This document shows, in pieces, positions 1 through 6,824 of a DNA stretch of 6,886 nt. The notes below the pieces were generated by a model, which had not been told where the DNA came from, did not search any database, and saw only the letters and a list, made by a program, of their open reading frames with translations. The translations under genes and the position numbers were made by a program. Source of the DNA: Amoebophrya sp. A120. Its lineage: Eukaryota; Protista; Dinoflagellata. Within the stretch, counting starts at the first letter, position 1. Each line of letters starts with the position of its first letter. The stretch lies in NCBI GenBank assembly GCA_905178155.1, contig CAJINV010000105.1:1-6886 (forward strand), read 5' to 3'.

Positions 1-169
1 CGCACGTGAAGACTGCGGGACATACCTTGGAGCCACCTGGTATGGCGTTCTCAAACGTTACATTCTCAACTGTTACATGAATTTGTCATGCAAAACAGCC
101 AAAACTTGTGGATTTGTCTAGCCGATTTCCCATCTTGACTATGGTGTGGGTACGTTTTTACTCAGGATA
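1..169. mobile_element. Introner-like element, family A, left end outside window
   Basis: 83-169 closely matches 3381-3467 (GATTTCCC.TCTTGACT.TGGTGTGGG.ACGTTTT...TCAGGATA). Confidence 0.85.
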
Positions 170-210
170 TCAGGGGCTCTTTCTCTAGCGTGTCGTAGAG
201 AAATTTCAGC
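170..210 (-). CDS. Short exon (LKFLYDTLEKEPL)
   Basis: 41 nt between introner termini; in frame with the upstream exon. Confidence 0.75.
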
Positions 211-3200
211 TATGGATTGTAAAAATATCTGGGTCTGGAAGATTCTGACACTTGTCATGCAGATTTTCCATGATCCATGTCATCTGGAGTGCAGGACCTA
301 GCATGACAGATTCTGCGGGATCCCTATCGCTATCATGCCTATCCTGCATGAGAAACTTCCTCTCAACTTAGTGGGCAACTTTTGGCATTCATGCAACACA
401 GATTTTTGCATCATCCAGAATTAGCATCACAAGCTCCAACCTTCCAGACCCAGACATTTTTACATTTGATATCAACATGTGCGGGTTCATGTGCCCATCC
501 TTGGATAGGGAGTGTGTGTATTTTTCCTCGATTTTCTGCGCGTTGGTTTTTGGCGGATCTTCTGCTTCCGTAGATTCGGCCGTGTCGATGTTGCACATAA
601 ACACGGCTTCGTATTCCCTGTTTGTCATATTTTCACAATAGGCGTGGGCCTGCGGGCCTAAATTCCGGTGGGTTGGTCGGTTGGTTGGTTGGTTTTGGAC
701 AGACGACATTTGACCCACCGAACCCGCTACATTGTGTTTTGTGTTTTTCTGAGATTCATCCACTATTACTGCCGCAGCTGCCTACCTACCCACCTACCAG
801 GCGTCTTTTCGATTCATTGCAATACCATGATCGCACCGGCCCACCTACCTACCTATGCGTGCCTTTCCACCCAGAGCCGGCTGCCTACTGGTCACGCCTA
901 CCGACCTACCCACCCACCTGGTGGGTAGGTGGGGCGAGGGAGCGCGCGCTGCTTATTGGCCACGCCTACCGACCTACCGGCCCACCAGCCTGGTGGATGG
1001 GTGGGGCGAGGGAGCGCGCGCTGCCTATTGGCCACGCCCACCGACCTACCCACCCACCAGCCTGGTGGGTGGGTGCGGCGAGCGTGCGCTGCCTATTGGC
1101 CACGCCCACCGACCTACCCACCCACCTCGCTGGTGGGTGGGCGGGGCGAGCGTGCGCTGTCCCTTGGCCACGCCTACCGACCTACCCACCCACGGGCCTA
1201 GTGGGCGGGTGGGGCGAGCGTGCGCTGCCTATTGACCACGCCTACCGACCTACCCACCCACCTCGCTGGTGGGTGGGTGGGGTGAGCGTGCGTTGCCTCT
1301 TGGCCACGCCTACCGACCTACCCGCCCACCTGCCTGGTGGGTGGGTGGAGCAAGCCTCCGCTGCCTATTGGCCACGCCTGCCGAGCGACCGGCCCACCCA
1401 CCAGGCAGGTGGGGGTCTGAGACGAGCGCGCGCCGCCTATTGGCCACGCCTACCGACCTTTCCACCCACCAGCCTGGTGGGCGGGTGGGGCGAGGGAGCG
1501 CGCGCTGCCTCTTGGCCACGCTTACCGACCTACCCACCCACCAGCCTGGTGGGTGGGTGCGGCGAGGGAGCGCGCGCTGCCTATTGGCCACGCCCACCGA
1601 CCTACCCACCCACCTCGCTGGTGGGTGGGTGGCACGAGCGTGCGCTGCCCCTTGGCCACGCCTACCGACCTACCCACCCACCAGCCTGGTGGGCGGGTGG
1701 GGCGATAGATATTTTTGACCCTTCTAAAAAGCCCCAACCGGCGCGAGGCTGGCTTCCTGATTAGGCTTTGCAGGTGTGTGGGCTTTGTTTGGGTTTCTTG
1801 ATCATTCAGCGCAGATTAATCGCCCGACCCAATATTTGTTAGCCAGCGGCCCGGATTTCTGCCTGGAGCCCCGAAATCATACAACCGATTCGGGAAAACA
1901 TGTTGAAGGCAGGCAAGAAGTGGAACTTTCATTCTTTGGCTGCCTTCAAGAGAAGCCGGGCGGGAGAGCAGCTGCATGCTCAGGGGCCCAATTTATTATC
2001 GAGGGGTTTGCAAGCAAGGGGCTCGCGCAGCCAAGGGGTTGCGCAAAAAGCCCCCGCCCGCCCGGCATGACCAAGCGGGGGCTGATCCAAATTTTGCGCG
2101 AGTTTGTCTCTATTTCCCAAGTGTGTTTTGCTTGGGTTGAGGAAGCGCAGGTCTTGGCTGGAGAAAAGTGCAGCACTGGAGCCCCGACCTCTTTCTATCT
2201 CGCGCAAATCCTCACGAGGCCCCCCGGAGCTCCGATTGCGTCGACGCAGCACAGATTTGTGTCTGCGGCGAGCTGCGCGCAACACTGATTTGCGCTGCGC
2301 GCAACACAGATTTGCGTCCACGCAGCACAGATTTGTGTCTCCGGCGAGCTGCGCGCAACACAGATTTGCGCGCAACACGCAGCACAGATTTGTGCGCAGC
2401 ACAGATTTGTGCTGCGCGCAGCGGAGATTAACTTGGTTCTGCGTTGTACATAACCGACCAACCCACCGGAGGAAGTTACGGACAACTGCCTGCAGCTGCA
2501 GGCCCATCCTGCGCCCGAACCCCGAAGCCGTGTTTCCATACATCGGAAATTCGCTCAAATGTCGTCTGTCCAAAACCAACCAACCAACCGACCAACCCAC
2601 CGGAATTTAGGCCCGCAGGCTCACGCCTACTCTATTTTCACATCTTTTTGTTTCACACATTGAGCATGAGCTTCAGGTGGACCCGGCCAACTCAAAAAGT
2701 TGATCTTGATTTAGACTTTGCAAAAAGCACCATCACGATACAGGAAGATGCTTGCCGTCTGTTACAACCGATGATAATTCAGGAGCCACACCTACAAGAA
2801 ACGTTATACGGTTTTCATAATATACCCTTGATCCCCTCCTTCGAGCCATTCTTTCCTCGCTACCTCCGCCTTTTCTTCCCTTTCCGCCGCGGGGACGCCC
2901 GCCAGTTTCGCCCATTTCTTCATGACAATCGCTTCCAAGTCAAACTCAGTGGTGTCGTTTCCGACCTGCAGATCTCCGTCGGCGAATATTTCTAACCGCC
3001 ATTTGTACGGCTCTGGCTTCTCAGCTGCTCCTTCCTCCTCTTCCGCTGGCTCCTCTCCATTCGCCTCAGAGGCGACTATTTCCGCATTGTTCACCGGCAC
3101 CTCCGTTCTCTCCACGCACCGGCTGCTGTCTAGTTCGATCTGCAGGATGTAGGTCGCGTTGCCCTGGAGCTCCAGGTGCGGGAAGGATATCCTGAGTAAA

Positions 3201-6200
3201 AACGTTCCCACCCCAGAGTTGTCGTGCAATTCTGCATGCCAAAAAAGTTTCTCATGCGGAGCCCTATGAGAAGCATTTCGTTTTGCGTGTTTTGGGATTT
3301 GTGATGCGAGGATCGGCATGCTATGCTAGATCTGTGATGATTCTGAGCGAGCTAAACAGGACCACACTACGAGGACAAACTTATCATGCCAAACAACCAA
3401 AGCTGTGTGATTTGTCTAGCAGATTTCCCGTCTTGACTCTGGTGTGGGGACGTTTTCAATCAGGATAAAAGAAACCGCGTCCTTGCCCTCCATCGTGCAC
3501 ATGGTTTCCAGACTGGACAGCCAATTTTTCCTCCCGCCGAATTCCTCCGGATCTACGTTAACATTCGATTCCAGCGCCGGCAATTCCTCTTCCTCCGTAA
3601 CTTCCTCCCCCGACTGCCATCTGTCCTTCATCGCCGGCCGAAACTCCTCCTTTGGCGGGTGCTGCAACACCAATTTCGCGATAAAAAAAACGTCGGGAAA
3701 GTTGCAGGTTACCCGCATGGACGCGGAGACCACCGCTGGCTCCTCTTCCGAAACCGGCTCGGCTGCCACCGTGATTCGTTCCCGGAGAATCAACGGATCG
3801 AAGGTTTTCAGGTCCGACAAAGCCACTTCGTACAACTTTCTGTTGGAAAACCCGATTTTTTTCGCGTCGTAACTCTCGCTGAAGGGTTCCAGCGCGATCG
3901 CGGGTGTTGGTTCGGTGAGTTGCTCAAACAAGTGCACGTAGTACACCGGTTCGATAACGGGTTTCGACATGTTTCCCTCCAACAAAAGCAAAAACGTGTC
4001 CTCCCCCTCCGGTAAGTCGAACTGAAACAAGGGCAGGAACGGCGTTTCAAACACGATTTCTGACCAAACCGGGAAAACAAGTTGCTCTCCGGAAACTGCT
4101 CTTCGCCGCACCAACAGCCGCAGCCGGAGGTGCTGGCGGCACTCCGGGTCGCCGGCGAAGTGCGTGTAGGCGGTCACGGTGCGTTTCGCCGTGTTATGCA
4201 TCACAAAAGCATCGCACTAGTACAAAACGCATGACAAATTTTTTCTAGAGGAAAAATGAAATTTGTCATGCAGAACAAGCTAAAAAAGCAGATCTGTCAT
4301 GAACGACCTGCATTTATACGAGTACGATACTTTTGCACAGGATACGTGTCGGGGAGGCGGGATTTAAATTCGCACTTCGCCCACAGGCTGTACCCGGCTG
4401 GGTAGGTGACCGGGGGGTCTTCGCAGTCCGGTGCTCTTCCGATCTTCAGAACCGGGATGTGTGCTCGTTGCTCCAGGTAGTCCGCGGGCTCGACGAATGT
4501 CGCCCTGGCTTCGTAGTTCATCAGCGTCGTAGTTTCGGCTCCTGATACAGAACTAGGCACGCTGCACTTTTTCAGCAACACCTGGTGTTTCGCTCCCGAT
4601 TTTGTCGGATCCTCGATCAGCAAGAAGCAGTGCTCATATCAAATGCAAGTCGTTCTGGGTCCGGAAAGTTGTGATGCAAATCTGTGAATGGTGGGCGCAC
4701 TGCGATATGCCGCCAAGCATGACAATTTTTTGAGCGGTTTTTTATGTGTTTCGTTTACTGCATGGCAAACTGCGTTTTTGCATGACAGGCAAGAGGGCCT
4801 TGTCCTGCTCATGCATCACAGATCTAAGAGTCATGCCAGACAAGCATGACAAACGAAACCTGCATTCTTGCAGACCCAGACATATTTGCGAAGCATAGCT
4901 CCGACCCGTTTGCGACCACCGGCACGTCGAAACACCCCTGCACCCTTGGCGCGTTCGGACCCGTCACGTGTGTGCAGGTGGCAGACAGCGCCAGCGGGTT
5001 GTAGTCGAAGTAGCAGAACGGGTCCGGCGCGTCCGGATCGCTCTCTGCTGCACCAGCACTCCCAGCCGCGGCCTTCTTCGCGTAACAAAGGTGATTTGCG
5101 AGCTTCTGGAAACCGGTCGTGAACGGGTTTGATATTTTTCCACCCGAGGACCCTGTGCTCGTAGTGTTCGGGTAGCTGTTGAACTTCCAGTTGTTCGCGC
5201 GGAAAAAGTAGCTCCCCGCATGTACTGATGGGTCCATCGGCTCCACCGCGAGCACGACTTGGCAGGTCGGAATGGCCGTGCTACTTGTCGACCCGCCCTG
5301 TTGTTCCTGTTGGGAAGTTGTTGTACCAGACCCCGCGGCTGCGTCTTTTTCTTTTTTTCCCGACGATTTCGACGACGCCTTGGTTGGCGCCGCCGTTTCC
5401 GCGGGGTCCGCCGGACTAGCTCCTTCGTCGGGTAGTCCTTCTTCCCCCTCCTCAGGCGTGCCGTCGGGCTGCGTGGCAGACCAGAGCAGCAGCGTGGAGT
5501 CGGTGATTTTTTCCGAGGATGAGGAAGTATCGGTGGGTCTCCTGTGTAAAGGCATCCCCACCCCAGAGTTATCATGCAGATCTGCAAGCACAAGAGCATT
5601 TGTAATGCGCATCCTCACAAGAGGCATTTCCCATTGTATTTTGGAACTTGTAATGCTGTAAACAGGATGAGGAGATGGATTTGTTATGCGGCTTCCCTTA
5701 CTAAACTGCAATACACTACAGCCTGCAACTTGTCATGCGTGGCTCCCAAAACCTCGAGAAATGTGTTGCAAAATCCCCATCTTGACTCTGGGGTGGGGAC
5801 GTTTTTACAAATGATAGTGGGCGAAGTTGTTGCACTCGCTGTTTGTCCTGGTCCACCTTTGCTCGGCCGGACGCGGACGGTGAGGAGCATGGGCTTTGTG
5901 GGCAGCATATCGCGAGGAAAAATAATCCCACCTCCCCTTACTGAAAAGATATCTTTTGTGATGCTGATTTGTACTCACAAATCGTTTCTGTCTTGCAAGA
6001 AGGCAATCCGAGAAGGCCCCCCGCATTGTGCCAGCGGTTTGTGATGCTGTTAGGCCTACAGCATGGACTTTTGTCATGCTGGGCGCCTATGTCACAAAAC
6101 CTCTCCAGTCAGGCTCGATATGGGCCTGCAGTCCTCTTCTACTGCAAGACGAGGCTGATTTATGTACGCAAATCCAGCATCAGAAATTTCGTTCTGATAT

Positions 6201-6824
6201 GGGAAGGGGGGTCTTTTCCTTTTGATACAGCATGACTTTCGAACTCTCCGCGTCTTCCACCGGGACCGAGTCGTGCTTATGCATTGCAAGAGACTCGTAC
6301 TAGTAAAATAACTTAAACTAGTAGAAATCGCTAGCGCATGACAAATTTCAATTTCTTCTGCATGATAAATCGAATTTGTAATGCGGATTTCCCTTAATGC
6401 GAACATTTGTAATGCATGACTGCAATCTTTAGTACAAGTACGATCACTCTTGCAATCCATAGTGCTCCACACAGGTGAATTTGTCCGCGGACTCGTAAAA
6501 GGAGAAGTGGGTGGCCAGGTCCACCACGTCCGTCCAGTTGATCCAGTATCAACTGCAAATGTGTGAGACTTGTAATGCTGTCTGCGGAGTCTAAAAATAT
6601 CTGTGCTGTATGAGCAGCAAGAGGAGTCAGCTCTTGGCACGTCGCGGAGAGGGCATTTGTCATGCGTAATTAGCATCAAGACGTTCTGAAAGAATCTGTG
6701 ACGCTAGCACCAGAATCACAAACCTGACGGGTCATGCAAAATGTGCATGACAAGCCCAAACTCTACTTCAAGGAGACCCAGACATATTTGCACTTCATAT
6801 CCAGTAGCCGCCGTCGATATTCCG
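170..6824 (-). CDS. ADGB: Multi-exon androglobin-like (calpain-family) gene, partial at both ends; 10 exons, about 806 codons in window
   Basis: Manual joining of 6800-6824, 6462-6546, 6228-6277, 5817-5907, 4898-5537, 4345-4636, 3468-4194, 2826-3187, 472-617 and 170-210, dropping one 5-nt repeat copy at each introner, gives 2419 nt of stop-free frame. DGGYWINWTD resembles the end of a calpain catalytic domain. LILRERITV..SMRVTCNFPDVF..MEGKDAVSFPHL..YILQIEL..PYKWRLEIF..DTTEFDLEAIVMKKW..EKAEVARKEWL resembles the androglobin C-terminal region. Family recognised from memory, not searched. Confidence 0.7.
211..471. mobile_element. Introner-like non-canonical intron, family B, 261 bp
   Basis: TATGGATTGTAAAAATATCTGGGTCTGGAAG ... 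CTTCCAGACCCAGACATTTTTACATTTGATA (31-bp imperfect IR). Direct repeat TCAGC/TCAAC. Confidence 0.9.
472..617 (-). CDS. Exon (EYEAVFMC...DGHMNPHML)
   Basis: Core of ORF 389..763. The 5' boundary is inferred from a CAG acceptor at 620-618 that keeps frame with a GT donor at 2825-2824. Confidence 0.7.
636..713 (+). repeat. Left TIR of 2-kb element, with (GGTT)n tract
   Basis: Reverse complement of 2555-2632. Confidence 0.95.
880..1704. repeat. Tandem array, 12 units of 68 or 72 bp, each with an internal hairpin
   Basis: Unit starts at 880, 948, 1020, 1088, 1156, 1224, 1292, 1360, 1432, 1504, 1576 and 1644. Consensus GCTGCCTATTGGCCACGCCTACCGACCTACCCACCCACCAGCCTGGTGGGTGGGTGGGGCGAG(GGAG)CGYGC. Confidence 0.95.
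2245..2420. repeat. Irregular array of 7 CACAGATTTG near-palindromic cores
   Basis: Cores at 2250, 2283 (CACTGATTTG), 2305, 2326, 2359, 2383 and 2400. Confidence 0.9.
2555..2632 (-). repeat. Right TIR of 2-kb element
   Basis: Reverse complement of 636-713. Confidence 0.95.
2826..3187 (-). CDS. Exon (SFPHLELQGNATY...ARKEWLEGGDQG)
   Basis: Core of ORF 2804..3319; androglobin C-terminal-like motifs. Confidence 0.9.
3188..3467. mobile_element. Introner-like non-canonical intron, family A, 280 bp
   Basis: TATCCTGAGTAAAAACGTTCCCACCCCAGAGT ... ACTCTGGTGTGGGGACGTTTTCAATCAGGATA. Direct repeat AAGGA/AAAGA; junction AVSF|PHL. Confidence 0.92.
3468..4194 (-). CDS. Exon (TAKRTVTAYTHF...TMEGKDAVSF)
   Basis: Core of ORF 3416..4204; androglobin-like segment. 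Confidence 0.9.
4195..4344. mobile_element. Introner-like non-canonical intron, family C, 150 bp
   Basis: TATGCATCACAAAAGCATCGCACTAGTA ... TACGAGTACGATACTTTTGCACAGGATA. Perfect direct repeat CGTGT; junction PDT|AKR. Confidence 0.9.
4345..4636 (-). CDS. Exon (EHCFLLIEDPTK...YPAGYSLWAKCEFKSRLPDT)
   Basis: Core of ORF 4297..4623; in-frame junctions. Confidence 0.9.
4637..4897. mobile_element. Introner-like non-canonical intron, family B, 261 bp
   Basis: TATCAAATGCAAGTCGTTCTGGGTC ... GACCCAGACATATTTGCGAAGCATA. Direct repeat GCTCA/GCTCC; junction GSE|HCF. Confidence 0.9.
4898..5537 (-). CDS. Exon (PTDTSSSSEK...FDVPVVANGSE)
   Basis: GC-rich core of ORF 4824..5711, whose ends are read-through into introners. 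Confidence 0.9.
5538..5816. mobile_element. Introner-like non-canonical intron, family A, 279 bp
   Basis: TCTCCTGTGTAAAGGCATCCCCACCCCAGAGT ... ACTCTGGGGTGGGGACGTTTTTACAAATGATA. Perfect direct repeat GTGGG; junction SPT|DTS. Confidence 0.9.
5817..5907 (-). CDS. Exon (LPTKPMLLTVRVRPSKGGPGQTASATTSPT)
   Basis: Part of ORF 5684..5908; in-frame junctions. Confidence 0.85.
5908..6227. mobile_element. Introner-like non-canonical intron, family D, 320 bp
   Basis: TATCGCGAGGAAAA ... TTTTCCTTTTGATA, with imperfect IR extending about 70 bp. Perfect direct repeat CAGCA; junction VML|PTK. Confidence 0.9.
6228..6277 (-). CDS. Short exon (HDSVPVEDAESSKVML)
   Basis: In frame between elements 5908-6227 and 6278-6461. 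Confidence 0.8.
6278..6461. mobile_element. Introner-like non-canonical intron, family C, 184 bp
   Basis: TATGCATTGCAAGAGACTCGTACTAGTA ... TACAAGTACGATCACTCTTGCAATCCATA. Perfect direct repeat GTGCT; junction VEH|DSV. Confidence 0.9.
6462..6546 (-). CDS. Exon (WINWTDVVDLATHFSFYESADKFTCVEH)
   Basis: GC-rich, stop-free and in frame at both junctions. Confidence 0.85.
6547..6799. mobile_element. Introner-like non-canonical intron, family B-like, 253 bp
   Basis: TATCAACTGCAAATGTGT ... GACCCAGACATATTTGCACTTCATA. Perfect direct repeat TCCAG; junction GYW|INW. Confidence 0.9.
6800..6824 (-). CDS. Microexon (RNIDGGYW)
   Basis: 25 nt between two introner termini. Joins in frame to the next exon to give the calpain-like DGGYWINWTD. 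Confidence 0.8.

Larger units (their letters stand above)
636..2632. mobile_element. Non-autonomous TIR DNA transposon, 1997 bp, 8-bp TSD (hAT/P/Merlin-type TSD length)
   Basis: 639-713 and 2555-2629 are inverted repeats at 74/75 identity, extendable to 78 bp with 2 more mismatches. TATTTTCA is duplicated at 628-635 and 2633-2640. No recognisable transposase. Confidence 0.85.
618..2825 (-). other. Putative canonical GT-AG intron (2208 nt; about 203 nt without the transposon and one TSD)
   Basis: Minus strand CAAGG|GTATATT...AAACAG|GGAATAC gives in-frame Q-G-E-Y. Not verified by cDNA, and a hidden exon in 2641-2800 cannot be excluded. Confidence 0.6.

Noticed and set aside
41-55. TATGGCGTTCTCAAA as the left end of the first introner
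   Set aside because: It lacks the family A left terminus and correct A-run spacing. The family length of about 280 bp puts the true end outside the window.
668-698. (GGTT)n tract as a telomere
   Set aside because: Short, internal and part of the transposon TIR.
880-1704. CRISPR array (period about 68-72 bp, palindromic)
   Set aside because: There are no unique spacers and whole units are homologous. No cas genes are present and the context is a eukaryotic split gene.
622-1764. 380-aa ORF and overlapping ORFs across the tandem array
   Set aside because: They are translations of a stop-poor GC-rich repeat. The 68-bp units shift frame so the same peptides cycle through all frames, and the region lies inside a TIR element.
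1776-2610. ORFs inside the 2-kb element as a transposase
   Set aside because: Short, largely repeat-derived, and with no recognisable DDE, zinc-finger or HTH motif.
639-2629. Tc1/mariner interpretation with TA target duplication
   Set aside because: TA does bound the 75-bp core. However, an exact 8-bp duplication placed symmetrically 3 bp further out on both sides is a more specific explanation. Not fully excluded.
2804-5711. ORFs 2804..3319, 3416..4204, 4297..4623 and 4824..5711 as separate prokaryote-style genes
   Set aside because: Their ends translate repeat elements (LHDNSGVG and NVPTPESR recur). Their cores join in frame into one protein.
2444-6235. Plus-strand ORFs such as 2444..2995, 3444..3872, 5272..5661 and 5574..6044
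   Set aside because: Antisense shadows of the minus-strand exons or chance frames across repeats.
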